A stretch of 64,000 nt of DNA from sequence record KJ190158. One strand, written 5' to 3'. The translations under genes were made by a program, and so were the position numbers. Of the stretch, positions 1 to 9,234 are shown piece after piece. Position 1 is the first letter of the stretch, and the number at the start of each line of letters is the position of its first letter. The DNA is from Escherichia phage FFH2. Below the pieces are notes generated by a model, which did not search any database, was not told the origin of the DNA, and saw only the letters and a program-made list of their open reading frames with translations.

Positions 1-479
1 CTGCTGAGCGTATTGACTGGATCTGCAAACAGGTCAGATATTATATCCACACGCATCACGTTGACACCGTGGTTATGGAAGGGCTTTCCTTTGGATCACG
101 CGGGGATGCCACACGTGAACTGGCTGGGTTGTTTTACGGTCTTGAAATTATGCTTTGGGATGCCTTAGCTGATTGTGAAAATGACGGCCTGTTTAAGGTC
201 CACACAGTGACACCAACAACTGCCAAAAAGTTTGCTCGTAGTCATCTTCCTGAAGAACTTGCTTTTGAGGAGAAGAAAAAGCTTGACAAAAAGACAGGTA
301 AAGAGCATACTGTGAAGAAACCTGTTACAATGGATAAAAAGTTGATGGTTAAGGCCTGCGAAGTATCTGAACCTGGGTTCCTAGACGGGATCAATTTGGT
401 ACAAGGTAAGGCCGATCTCGCAGATGCTTATTGGATAGGCAGGGCTCATCTGGAGGGATTATCGCAAAGCGTAAAATAA
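1..479 (+). CDS. RuvC-like Holliday junction resolvase (5' partial; reading frame is open back to window start)
   Basis: Frame continues without a stop to position 1. C-terminal GKADLADAYWIGRAHL resembles the RuvC DAADALAIA..H motif, and an upstream VVMEG..SFG matches an acidic catalytic segment. Confidence 0.5.
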   Translation, partial: AERIDWICKQVRYYIHTHHVDTVVMEGLSFGSRGDATRELAGLFYGLEIMLWDALADCENDGLFKVHTVTPTTAKKFARSHLPEELAFEEKKKLDKKTGKEHTVKKPVTMDKKLMVKACEVSEPGFLDGINLVQGKADLADAYWIGRAHLEGLSQSVK

Positions 480-1036
480 GAAAGAAAGCTGTCAAAGCCC
501 CAGTTCATAACGGGTGGTTAAAAGATTCTAAGGACATAGCCAACTTTCGAAAAGAATTGTCAGAGGAGCAGGATGGTCTTGATCCGATCTTGTGCGAGCC
601 ACTTCGTAAGCCTTGTTTAGATCATGATCATCTGACTGGTCGTTGCAGGGGTGTTTTGTCTCAATGCACTAATACCTTTGAGGGGTATGTGCTTAAATAC
701 TGGATGAAATACTGTAACGAGTATACAGATTGCAGTTTATCAGAGGCGTTGCGCCGGATGGCTGACTATTTGGAGAAAGACTACAGCGACTTCCCGCTCC
801 ACAAAAACTACAGAGATGATATGACAAAGTTCTTGAGGAGATGCTCTAAAGCTACGATTATTGCACGAGCAGAATCAGATCTCAATCTTGTCATTGATCC
901 GGAGTGCACCAAGCATGAGGCTATTGAGTTCTACATGCAAGAGTTTATAAAGAAAACTGAGGAGAGAGATTTCTATGGGGATGAAAAAGGTATTCAATCC
1001 TTGCGACTCGGTCCTGATCAGGATGAAATACCGTAA
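431..1036 (+). CDS. Endonuclease VII-like (T4 gp49 family) junction-resolving nuclease; start codon uncertain (TTG at 431 or later)
   Basis: CLDHDHLTGRCRGVLSQCTNTFEG closely parallels T4 endo VII HLDHDHELNG..GLLCNLCNAAEG (zinc/His-Me finger). The 5' end overlaps the preceding ORF. Confidence 0.55.
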   Translation: MDRQGSSGGIIAKRKIRKKAVKAPVHNGWLKDSKDIANFRKELSEEQDGLDPILCEPLRKPCLDHDHLTGRCRGVLSQCTNTFEGYVLKYWMKYCNEYTDCSLSEALRRMADYLEKDYSDFPLHKNYRDDMTKFLRRCSKATIIARAESDLNLVIDPECTKHEAIEFYMQEFIKKTEERDFYGDEKGIQSLRLGPDQDEIP

Positions 1037-1196
1037 CTGGAAAGGTGTTGTTGCAGATCGCTGCGTTACTGAGCCTAATTTATGGTTTGGCTCTACAGAG
1101 TATCATAAAGAAGAGCAGTGGTTGATGCGTGCCTTCGATGTAGACAAGGGCGAATATCGTGACTTCGCTTTAAAAGACATTCTTCAGTTTTACTAA
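975..1196 (+). CDS. hypothetical protein (73 aa)
   Basis: ORF sits in the gap between neighbouring + strand genes; no recognisable motif. Confidence 0.3.
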   Translation: MGMKKVFNPCDSVLIRMKYRNWKGVVADRCVTEPNLWFGSTEYHKEEQWLMRAFDVDKGEYRDFALKDILQFY

Positions 1197-1208
1197 GGAA
1201 TCTTAACG

Positions 1209-2192
1209 ATGATGACAAAGTTAACTCTTGAGCAAATTTTAACACTAAAGCAACAGGGATACACTAATAGACAAATTGCTCGTGAATTTTTAGGCCGTGA
1301 GTCACGTGAGAGCTGGATCCGACTGCAGCTTAAACGTGCACAAGAGAATATGTCAGAGATTGTAGGAGAAGCAACGGAGCGCTTCCTTGAAGAGCACAAA
1401 GGTGCTAAAGTTTGGGTGTATGATACAGAGACATCTCCAACAAACGGCTGGTTCTTTGGGCACTATAAGACCAACATTCAAACCTGCGGTATTGAAATTA
1501 TGCCATATATGCTAACTTTCGCAGGTAAGTGGTTAGACAGTCCTAGTGTGGTTGACTGCGCTCTTCCTGATTATAAAATGTGGAGCGAAGATATTCACAA
1601 TGATCTTGAATTGATTCAGGACTTGTGGTATTATCTTGATAAATGCGATGTAGCAGTAGCCCACAATTCAGGTTTTGACTGTGGGTGGGCCAACCAACGA
1701 TTTGCATTTCACGGGTTGCCTCCAACAAGCTCCTACAAAGAGGTTGACACCCTTAAAATGATCAAGAAGGCATTCCGTTTGAATGCAAACACTTTAGAGT
1801 ATGCATGCAAATACTTCCAACTGGCCCGACAGAAACTGATTGACCACACATTTGAAATGTGGATCAAGTGTGTCCATGGCGATCTTGAGGCATTTAAACA
1901 GATGCGGGAGTATAATGTTGGTGATATCCTGTCTCTGGAAGGCTTGTATTTGCTGGCTCGCCCGTTTGCTAAGCAGCACCCAAACATGTCATTGTACTAC
2001 CAGGACGAGGAGCCAAAGGTTCGTTGCCCACGCTGTGGTGGAGAACACCTTCACGAGGAAGAAGCTTTGGCGTATACTCAGCTGAGTGCATTTAAAACAT
2101 ACCGCTGCGAAGGTTGTGGATCTGTTGTTCGTGATCGTAACAACATCCGTACCAGAGAAGAGATGAAAAACACCCTGATTCAGATAATCTAA
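1209..2192 (+). CDS. DEDDh-type 3'-5' exonuclease (DnaQ-like) with C-terminal CxxC..CxxC zinc ribbon
   Basis: YDTETSP (Exo I D.E) and VAHNSGFDCGW (Exo III H..fD) motifs. C-terminus has CPRCGG...CEGCG. Confidence 0.55.
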   Translation: MMTKLTLEQILTLKQQGYTNRQIAREFLGRESRESWIRLQLKRAQENMSEIVGEATERFLEEHKGAKVWVYDTETSPTNGWFFGHYKTNIQTCGIEIMPYMLTFAGKWLDSPSVVDCALPDYKMWSEDIHNDLELIQDLWYYLDKCDVAVAHNSGFDCGWANQRFAFHGLPPTSSYKEVDTLKMIKKAFRLNANTLEYACKYFQLARQKLIDHTFEMWIKCVHGDLEAFKQMREYNVGDILSLEGLYLLARPFAKQHPNMSLYYQDEEPKVRCPRCGGEHLHEEEALAYTQLSAFKTYRCEGCGSVVRDRNNIRTREEMKNTLIQII

Positions 2193-2200
2193 CAAGTAGA

Positions 2201-2228
2201 GGGAGGCTTGCGCCTCCCTTTTCCTTTT
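2201..2228 (+). terminator. rho-independent terminator after the exonuclease gene
   Basis: Hairpin gggaggcttgcgcctccc followed by ttttcctttt. Confidence 0.6.
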
Positions 2229-2237
2229 GGAGGCACT

Positions 2238-3056
2238 TTGAGCAAGAAAGAGTCTAACGACAAATACTACACAAACCCTGAGTATGCAGAATATCTTGTT
2301 GGTAGAGTAAAAGACAAGTATGGGAATTGTGCATACGTTGAGCCTTCTGCTGGAAGGGGTTCTTTTTCAAAACTATTTTCAGAGATACTGTCGTACGATC
2401 TAGTACCAGATCCTGAATTTGAAGGACCAACACCGTGCATTCAGGCAAACTTCTTGGAGGTGCATCCCAAGGCAGATGTCTTCATAGGTAACCCACCATT
2501 TGGCAAGAATTCATCTTTAGCTTGCAAATTCTTTAACCATTGTGCATCGTTGCTAGATCTTGGCGGGGCTATAGCCTTCATCTTGCCACGGACATTTGAA
2601 AAAATATTTTTTGCAAACAAACTGGACATGTCTATGCACCTTGTCTACAGCGAAAGGTGCCCTAAGAACTCGTTTTTACTTAATGGCAAACCTTATGACG
2701 TGCCATGTGTTTTCCAAATTTGGGAGAAAAAGGCGTGCAATAGGGATCCTGTAGAGATTGGAGAGAATAGGTTATTTTCTTTTAGCACACCAGATGACTA
2801 CGACTTCTGTGTAAGACGTGTTGGGTATAATGCTGGAAAAGTATTGGGTGATGATGACCCAAAATCTAAAGAATCTACATATTTCATAAAATCTTTAGTT
2901 GACGGTGTTGACAGAGTGTTTGCTGAATGCTATTCTTCTTTTCAAGAAGAAGCAGGTAAGACTGCTGGAATGAAGAGTATAGGCAAGAAAGAACTACAAT
3001 ACATTTTGGAGACCCGGTATGATCAAAAGTATAGACTTGACCAAAGAACTTACTGA
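2238..3056 (+). CDS. N6-adenine DNA methyltransferase (NPPF motif); probable TTG start at 2238 (six-frame ORF 2208 runs through the terminator)
   Basis: FIGNPPFGKNSS is catalytic motif IV of amino-MTases. GGAGG RBS at 2229-2233 lies 5 nt upstream of an in-frame TTG. There is no in-frame ATG near the 5' end. Confidence 0.6.
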   Translation: MSKKESNDKYYTNPEYAEYLVGRVKDKYGNCAYVEPSAGRGSFSKLFSEILSYDLVPDPEFEGPTPCIQANFLEVHPKADVFIGNPPFGKNSSLACKFFNHCASLLDLGGAIAFILPRTFEKIFFANKLDMSMHLVYSERCPKNSFLLNGKPYDVPCVFQIWEKKACNRDPVEIGENRLFSFSTPDDYDFCVRRVGYNAGKVLGDDDPKSKESTYFIKSLVDGVDRVFAECYSSFQEEAGKTAGMKSIGKKELQYILETRYDQKYRLDQRTY

Positions 3057-3477
3057 TGCAAAAGCTTTTGGTGAGACAGCAGTACAAAGGGGGCAGGCGA
3101 TGGGACTGGCACTACCTTTCGTCTTAAAAGAGCACTTTACAGATTTTCAACTTATCAAGGGTGATAAGGGAATGCTTATCCTGGAGCATAAGTTGAGTAA
3201 GAAACGCTATAAAGTTGTTTTTAATTCTAAAGCTCCAACAAAACTGGGATTCAGAACTTACAATCTTAACCCATCCTACACTAAGGGTGTTGGAAGGGTA
3301 GAACAACAGCATTTCAGTGCCAGAGCTTCTTTAGCCCCTTTGATGCTAAATTTCTCAGGGGTGGCTTTAGGATACCTTGATAAGAAAAGAGTTCTTCATG
3401 TCCGTTTCACAGACTTTGTAACGCTCTTAGCTAACAACGAGGTTGATGAAAAGGGACGTGTAAAAACAAACTTCTAA
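3019..3477 (+). CDS. hypothetical protein (start possibly ATG 3100 with AAAGGGGG RBS)
   Basis: ORF of 152 aa. Alternative in-frame ATG at 3100 is preceded by a strong RBS. Confidence 0.4.
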   Translation: MIKSIDLTKELTDAKAFGETAVQRGQAMGLALPFVLKEHFTDFQLIKGDKGMLILEHKLSKKRYKVVFNSKAPTKLGFRTYNLNPSYTKGVGRVEQQHFSARASLAPLMLNFSGVALGYLDKKRVLHVRFTDFVTLLANNEVDEKGRVKTNF

Positions 3478-3504
3478 TAACGCATAGTATGATTGGAGAC
3501 CGAA

Positions 3505-3696
3505 ATGACACTAAAGTTAACAATTCCAGACAGCTTTTCAGAAAACTTTATCCCAGAAATGATGAGTAAGATGCGATCATTGCTTGATCAGATTGAGGAG
3601 GCTGTTTGGGAAGACGATGCTGTAGTGGCTAACGAGCTGGTAGATAAGTGTAAAAGTATTATTGATGCAGTTGAAGAATACCACGGAGGTTTTTGA
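3505..3696 (+). CDS. hypothetical small acidic protein
   Basis: ATG with ggagaccgaa RBS; stop is 4-nt coupled to the next gene. Confidence 0.35.
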   Translation: MTLKLTIPDSFSENFIPEMMSKMRSLLDQIEEAVWEDDAVVANELVDKCKSIIDAVEEYHGGF

Positions 3697-4310
3697 TGGA
3701 TATTATTGTTCTTAACGCCCCACCCAGCAGTGGTAAGGATCACATTGCAGATCTCTTGTTGGAAGCTATTCCTAACTCACACCACCGCGAGGTTAAGGAG
3801 ATGCTCTTTAGTGTGGCAATTAAGGCAGCTGGTGTAACTCCTCAACTCTGGAATGCACTTTATGACCGCCACTACAAAGAAGAGCCTTGCCCTTTCTTAA
3901 TGATAGACGGCAAGCATGTTTCTCCGCGAGAATGGATGATCCATTGTAGTGAAAATCTGATTAAACCTATCTTTGGTGAAGATGCTTTCGGTAAAGCCGC
4001 AGTCGCATCTTTGAAGAAAGATTTCCCTAAAGGTAAAGGGGTTGTTGTTTACTCCGATGGTGGATTCAAAGAGGAGCTGGCATGCCTTAGCGAGTACGCA
4101 TACAGCACAGGTGGAGATCTGTTGTTGTTCCGTATTCACCGTGTCGGATATGACTGGGGAAATGATTCCAGAACCTATCTAAGTCTGGAAAAGAACGGAA
4201 TAAAAGGAATTGAGTTTGATGTTGTAAACCCTGAAGGTGCACCTTGGGAATGTGCATCGGAGATTGTGTGCAAGTATATTGATGCTAAAGAGGCCCAAGA
4301 AGAATGTTAA
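3693..4310 (+). CDS. deoxynucleoside monophosphate kinase
   Basis: N-terminal P-loop IIVLNAPPSSGKD and the size are typical of phage dNMP kinases (T4 gp1/T5 type). Confidence 0.55.
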   Translation: MMDIIVLNAPPSSGKDHIADLLLEAIPNSHHREVKEMLFSVAIKAAGVTPQLWNALYDRHYKEEPCPFLMIDGKHVSPREWMIHCSENLIKPIFGEDAFGKAAVASLKKDFPKGKGVVVYSDGGFKEELACLSEYAYSTGGDLLLFRIHRVGYDWGNDSRTYLSLEKNGIKGIEFDVVNPEGAPWECASEIVCKYIDAKEAQEEC

Positions 4311-4897
4311 TCGGAATTGATGTAGATTTGACACTGGTAGATTCAGGAACAGCATGGTGGGAGTGGTTGGAGCGTTTGTATGGTCCAGCCAGTAAGACAG
4401 TCGCTAAACCTTCTAATGGACTGATGTATTACGATCTGTCAAAGTATTGGCCTGATCGCCCCAAAGAAAACATCATAGGGCCTTTTGATTTCTGGAGTGA
4501 CCCATTCCTCTACGACTTTCTTAAGCCTGAAGAGGGGGCTATTGAGGTTATGAAAGATTTGGTGGCTCGTGGTCACAAGCTTGCATTTATCTCGGTATGC
4601 AAGAAAGGTCACCTTGCATCTAAATCAAGGTTCTTAAAGCGTTGGACCAGTGATTTTATGGATCTGGACGATCACACCCAGGGTCACGGCTTCTACGCCA
4701 CACATTTCAAAGGAAATGTGGCTGTAGATGTTATAATTGACGACAGGCATGAATACCTTAACCAATTCGCTTCACGACCTGAAGTTATTAAAATCCTAAA
4801 AGATACGCCTTATGAGCAATTCGAGGAGTTAAAGGTCAGTGTTGACTATACCGCTAATAGTTGGTATAAAATAGGAAAGTTTTTAGAAGGTATTTGA
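4304..4897 (+). CDS. HAD-superfamily 5'-(deoxy)nucleotidase-like hydrolase
   Basis: N-terminal IGIDVDLTLVDSG carries HAD motif I (DxDxT). Neighbours are nucleotide-metabolism genes. Confidence 0.5.
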   Translation: MLIGIDVDLTLVDSGTAWWEWLERLYGPASKTVAKPSNGLMYYDLSKYWPDRPKENIIGPFDFWSDPFLYDFLKPEEGAIEVMKDLVARGHKLAFISVCKKGHLASKSRFLKRWTSDFMDLDDHTQGHGFYATHFKGNVAVDVIIDDRHEYLNQFASRPEVIKILKDTPYEQFEELKVSVDYTANSWYKIGKFLEGI

Positions 4898-4898
4898 A

Positions 4899-5099
4899 AT
4901 GGGCAGATGTTCTAAAGGTGGCGATCCTGTAGTCAGATACGGTGACTGGCTGGAGGTATATGATCTGGGGGGTAAGCTAGTGTATGCCTCCAGGATCACC
5001 CAAGATATGTGCTCTGATATGTTTAACAGATACCTTGCATTTAAGGCCAATATAAACCCAGACGAAATTTCCAAAATTAAAACAAGGAGAGCTAAATAA
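4899..5099 (+). CDS. hypothetical protein (66 aa)
   Basis: ORF coupled to neighbours (stop overlaps next start). Confidence 0.35.
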   Translation: MGRCSKGGDPVVRYGDWLEVYDLGGKLVYASRITQDMCSDMFNRYLAFKANINPDEISKIKTRRAK

Positions 5100-6082
5100 T
5101 GCTAAAACTGTGCACTGCAAAGATCATTGCTGACAGCATTTCCGAGAAAGGTAAGCGTATCACCACTTTTGAACTAGAGTATCCTCGAATTATTCACTCA
5201 GAGCTTATGACGCACCGAGTATTCAGCCGAAACGCCATGTCTTCCCGTGCAGTGCCTGTCGGCAAGATGCTGCAGCAGATTGTGGAGAATCCGGCAATGC
5301 CAGTTCGCTTCGGTGTAAATAAGCGAGGGATGGAAGATGGTGGGGAACACGATCAAAAGATCCGTGTAGAGTACACTGACATGGAGCTAACCCCTGAAGA
5401 GTTTTGGAAAGAAGCTGCAAAAAACGCCGCTTGGCATGCAGAGAAGTTCGCCCTTGCTGGTTACCATAAACAAGTATGTAACCGCTTAGTGGAGCCGTTT
5501 CAGCGCATGAAAACAGTTGTAACAAGCACAGAGTGGAATAATTTTTTCCATCTCCGTTGCTGGCACGATGCGGATCCTACGATTCAGATGTTGGCTAATT
5601 GTATGTGGGAAGCTCTTGTGAATAGCACTCCTGAAATCCTTAAACCAGGTCAATGGCACACTCCATATGTAGAGCACGTTTATTTGGACGGAGAGTTTAA
5701 CTACGCTGTACGTGACACAGAAGGAAAGCTCTGCATTCTTGATACTAAAGAAGCTCTGTCTATTAGTGCTAGTTGCTGTGCACAAGTATCTTATCGAAAT
5801 ATTGACAGCACGTTTGAAAAGGCAGACAGTGTGGCTAAAAAATTGATTGGTGGGGATCGTATTCATGCAAGCCCTTACGAACACCAGGCAACACCTATGG
5901 ATCATGATAACGCAATGGAACGTTTAAACTACTACCTATCTTCATGTGAAATCACACAAGACATTAGTACTTGGCAGGAAGGTGTAACCCATCAAGACCG
6001 TGATGGTAAATTCTGGTCTGCCAACTTTTGTGGGTGGGTTCAGCACAGACAACTGCTTAATAACCACTTCGTGAAAGGTTAA
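5099..6082 (+). CDS. thyX: flavin-dependent thymidylate synthase ThyX
   Basis: ThyX signature RHRVFSRNAMSSRAVP (RHRxxxxxxxSxR) plus family-wide similarity. Confidence 0.85.
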   Translation: MLKLCTAKIIADSISEKGKRITTFELEYPRIIHSELMTHRVFSRNAMSSRAVPVGKMLQQIVENPAMPVRFGVNKRGMEDGGEHDQKIRVEYTDMELTPEEFWKEAAKNAAWHAEKFALAGYHKQVCNRLVEPFQRMKTVVTSTEWNNFFHLRCWHDADPTIQMLANCMWEALVNSTPEILKPGQWHTPYVEHVYLDGEFNYAVRDTEGKLCILDTKEALSISASCCAQVSYRNIDSTFEKADSVAKKLIGGDRIHASPYEHQATPMDHDNAMERLNYYLSSCEITQDISTWQEGVTHQDRDGKFWSANFCGWVQHRQLLNNHFVKG

Positions 6083-6083
6083 T

Positions 6084-6110
6084 CCTATCACAGCGATAGG
6101 TAACTTTTGT
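6084..6110 (+). terminator. terminator-like hairpin after thyX
   Basis: cctatcacagcgatagg followed by taacttttgtg. Confidence 0.45.
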
Positions 6111-6111
6111 G

Positions 6112-6140
6112 TTGACTAATAGTATCAGATAATCTATAAT
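6112..6140 (+). promoter_or_regulatory. sigma70 promoter (TTGACT-17-TATAAT) followed by 5' stem-loop ggctcac..gtgagcc (6144-6164)
   Basis: Near-consensus -35/-10 with 17-bp spacer. A perfect 7-bp stem lies immediately downstream. Confidence 0.6.
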
Positions 6141-6141
6141 A

Positions 6142-6642
6142 ATGGCTCACTTTGTTGGTGAGCCAGAAATGGAGACAGATATGAGTAATGTTATGATTCC
6201 TAAAAAGACATTTATTTCAGTTACTTTAGATTTCCTAGCTACCGTCCCTGGGTTTAACGTTCGCACACGAAACGGTCTCCGAGCTGCACTCTTCGCCGTA
6301 GGGTTTGATTTAAAAAATATTGATGTTCTTCGTGGAAAAAACGTTAGATGCAAAAATAAGCCAACCCATTATCGAAAGGCAGATGTATTTGCTGGTGTCA
6401 TGCGTGCAGACTTTAGATACCCACAAATGTATAACGGTGTAGATATTTTAGATGTAGATAAAGCACCTGGTGAGGCAATGCTTGTTCAAGATCTTCCGTA
6501 TGATATCCCTGTAGAGGATCGTGTTAATGTAAGAAAGTATACAAAACAATCTGAAAAGGCTGAAGATATTCATATTGTTGATGAACCTTTCAATTTTGAA
6601 GATCTGCATCGCCTAGAAAAATTATTCGGTATTGAAAGCTAA
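6142..6642 (+). CDS. hypothetical protein (true start probably ATG ~6181 downstream of the promoter/hairpin)
   Basis: Long ORF. The first ATG abuts the -10 element, so an internal start with ggagacagat RBS is likelier. Confidence 0.4.
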   Translation: MAHFVGEPEMETDMSNVMIPKKTFISVTLDFLATVPGFNVRTRNGLRAALFAVGFDLKNIDVLRGKNVRCKNKPTHYRKADVFAGVMRADFRYPQMYNGVDILDVDKAPGEAMLVQDLPYDIPVEDRVNVRKYTKQSEKAEDIHIVDEPFNFEDLHRLEKLFGIES

Positions 6643-6652
6643 GGTGGTGAAG

Positions 6653-6883
6653 ATGAGTCATAACTCCAAGTGGAAGGATCTTGGTTTTGCAAGTCGGGCA
6701 GAATATGTTGGCTGGCTTTGGTTCAACGGCCTGACAAACGATATTAAAATGTATGATGATGTTTATTATGACGAGTATACAGGTAAAATTATAAATATCT
6801 CTGTAGAAGAGGATACCTTTGTCCAGCAAGATACTGATACCTGCCTTGATAAATACGTTAATGAAGCGGAGGAAGCAAATTGA
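6653..6883 (+). CDS. hypothetical protein (~76 aa)
   Basis: ATG with aggtggtgaag RBS. Stop overlaps the nrdA start. Confidence 0.35.
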   Translation: MSHNSKWKDLGFASRAEYVGWLWFNGLTNDIKMYDDVYYDEYTGKIINISVEEDTFVQQDTDTCLDKYVNEAEEAN

Positions 6884-9195
6884 TCACCAAGGTAATTAAA
6901 AGCAACGGATGTGAAGTGGCATTCGATCCAGAACGTTTAAATAAGGCAGCTATTTTCGGTGACGACGGTAACGGCAATTGGTCACACATTGCACTGGATG
7001 CATACAAACGACTGTATGATGGATGTACAACCAAAGAAGTTAACCAAGCTATCATAGACTCCTGTGTTAGCCGTAAAGACGAAGCACATTCCCGTATGGC
7101 TGGTCGTGTTCTTATTGGTCAGATTTATAAAGAGGCTTTTGGAGGGTTTACAAAGATCCCTTCCTTACCATCATTCTACAATACCATGGTTGAGAAAGGG
7201 TATTGGGAGGATATGGGCTATAGCTTTACCGAGCTAAACACTTTAGACGCTGTTATTGACCACAGTAAAGATCTCGGTTATGGCTATGCAGTCCTTAAAC
7301 AGTTTCGCGACAAATACGGGATCAAGGATACTCTTAAAGACACCTTGTTTGAATCTCCCCAGATGATGTTTATGGGGATAGCAATGGCTGTCATGAAGAA
7401 TATGCCGAAAGAACGTCGTATCAACGATGTTGTAAAATTATACACTTATCTGTCCGACTTAAAGATCAATGCCCCGACACCGTACTTAAACGGGCTGCGC
7501 ACAGGTAAGACAGGGTATGCATCTTGTTGTGTAATAAAAGCTGATGATACAGCAAAATCTATTGGTGTGGCACGTGAAGTTGCGTACACAATGACGGTTA
7601 ACCAAGCAGGTATCGGCTACTATTTATCATCAAGATCTGCAGGCGATGGTGTTCGTGGTAACACTATTAAACACATGGGTAAGATTCCATATTATCGAGG
7701 TATTGATGCTGGGGTTAAGGAGAACAGACAACAATCACGTGGCGGTTCTGCAACAGTATCATTCCTTGCACTAGACCCGCAGATTGATGAGCTAATCCGT
7801 TTGAGAAACCCTATGACTGTTGCTTCAAAAAGAATCAACACCATGGACTACTCTATAGGTATTAATAGGTCGTTTATCAACCGTGTGGCTAAGAATTTAG
7901 ATTGGATGCTTGTTTCTTATAAGCACGCGCCTCAACTGCATGAAGGTATCTTCACCATGTCTATGGAGGAGTTTGATGCAGAGGTTGATCGTATCGCTAA
8001 AGATGACAGTATTCCTAAAACATGGATCCGAGCTAGAGATCTTGCTGTTGAACTGCTCACGCAGCGTATTGAGGTTGGAAGGCTGTTCGTATACTGGACA
8101 GACGAGATGAATAGACATACACCTTTTAAAGATGTGATCTATTCAAGTAACCTGTGTGCAGAAATAGCCCTCCCGACAAAAGGCTATTCAGATATGCGTA
8201 ATATCTTCAAGCACGATGTTGATGATGGCGAAGTTGCATTGTGCTTCCTGTCATCACTTGTAGCTGGAAGGGTTACCCCAGAGGAGTATGAGGATGTTGC
8301 ATATTACACGGTGCTTATGATTGACAATGTTATGGAAATCATGACATATCCGTATGAAAATATGGAGAGCACTGTTAAAAAACGCAGATCCATCGGAGTT
8401 GGCCTTACCAATGTTGCACATTTTATTGCCAGCCACAAGGTTACTTACGGATCTCCTGAAAGTAAACAGCTTGTTCACGATCTTGCAGAACTTCACAGCT
8501 ACAGCTTGCATAAGGCAAGTTTACGGTTGGCAAAAGAGCGTGGTGTCTGCGAGTGGATGCATAAAACAAAATATCCAGAAGGTTGGTTACCAATCGACAC
8601 CTATAACAAAGAGGTCGATAGCGTGGTGAAAGATCCTTCTCTTAAACAGGATTGGGAAGGGTTACGTAAAGAAATCATTGAAAATGGTGGGCTACGTAAT
8701 AGCGTTCTTGAAGCATATATGCCTAATGAAAGCTCTTCGCTGGCAACAAACACCACTAATGGGGTTTATCCTGTCCGTGAGCACATTATCTTTAAAAAAT
8801 CGCCACAAGGGCAGGTGCTGTTTATCGTTCCTGACTATGATGAGTTGAAAGAGTATTACACCTCGGCTTGGGACGTTGATACTAACGACATGATCGATAT
8901 GTATGCTGTGATTCAAAAATTCACAGGTCAGGCAATCAGCGCGGATTTATACATAGACTACACCAAGTTGAAAGATGGTAAAATTTCAATGAAGGAGCAG
9001 CTAGGGTATCTTATCCGTGCCACTAAATTCGGGATGAAGACATGGTATTATTTAAACTCCAGGGTTGGTGCTGGTGACTCCTTGGCAGAGGAACTTCATG
9101 CCAAGAAACAGGCTGAAGATGAAACCAGAAAGAACTATCCTTTGATTGCAGATAGTTCAGTTGAAGATCCGTATTGCGAAAGTTGTGCACTATAA
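6880..9195 (+). CDS. nrdA: class Ia ribonucleotide reductase large subunit (TTG start)
   Basis: N-terminal ATP-cone (VIKSNGCEVAFDPERL), active-site region NLCAEIALP, C-terminal YCESCAL tail; 771 aa. Confidence 0.9.
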   Translation: MITKVIKSNGCEVAFDPERLNKAAIFGDDGNGNWSHIALDAYKRLYDGCTTKEVNQAIIDSCVSRKDEAHSRMAGRVLIGQIYKEAFGGFTKIPSLPSFYNTMVEKGYWEDMGYSFTELNTLDAVIDHSKDLGYGYAVLKQFRDKYGIKDTLKDTLFESPQMMFMGIAMAVMKNMPKERRINDVVKLYTYLSDLKINAPTPYLNGLRTGKTGYASCCVIKADDTAKSIGVAREVAYTMTVNQAGIGYYLSSRSAGDGVRGNTIKHMGKIPYYRGIDAGVKENRQQSRGGSATVSFLALDPQIDELIRLRNPMTVASKRINTMDYSIGINRSFINRVAKNLDWMLVSYKHAPQLHEGIFTMSMEEFDAEVDRIAKDDSIPKTWIRARDLAVELLTQRIEVGRLFVYWTDEMNRHTPFKDVIYSSNLCAEIALPTKGYSDMRNIFKHDVDDGEVALCFLSSLVAGRVTPEEYEDVAYYTVLMIDNVMEIMTYPYENMESTVKKRRSIGVGLTNVAHFIASHKVTYGSPESKQLVHDLAELHSYSLHKASLRLAKERGVCEWMHKTKYPEGWLPIDTYNKEVDSVVKDPSLKQDWEGLRKEIIENGGLRNSVLEAYMPNESSSLATNTTNGVYPVREHIIFKKSPQGQVLFIVPDYDELKEYYTSAWDVDTNDMIDMYAVIQKFTGQAISADLYIDYTKLKDGKISMKEQLGYLIRATKFGMKTWYYLNSRVGAGDSLAEELHAKKQAEDETRKNYPLIADSSVEDPYCESCAL

Positions 9196-9202
9196 TTTTA
9201 AA

Positions 9203-9224
9203 GGGGCTTCGGCCCCATTTTAGA
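9203..9224 (+). terminator. terminator-like hairpin between nrdA and nrdB
   Basis: ggggcttcggcccc followed by attttag. Confidence 0.45.
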
Positions 9225-9234
9225 GGTTAGAATA

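Noticed and set aside
5223-5905. Antisense ORFs (5223-5525, 5486-5905) inside thyX
   Set aside because: They lie entirely within a well-supported ThyX coding frame on the opposite strand and have no RBS. They are ordinary shadow ORFs.
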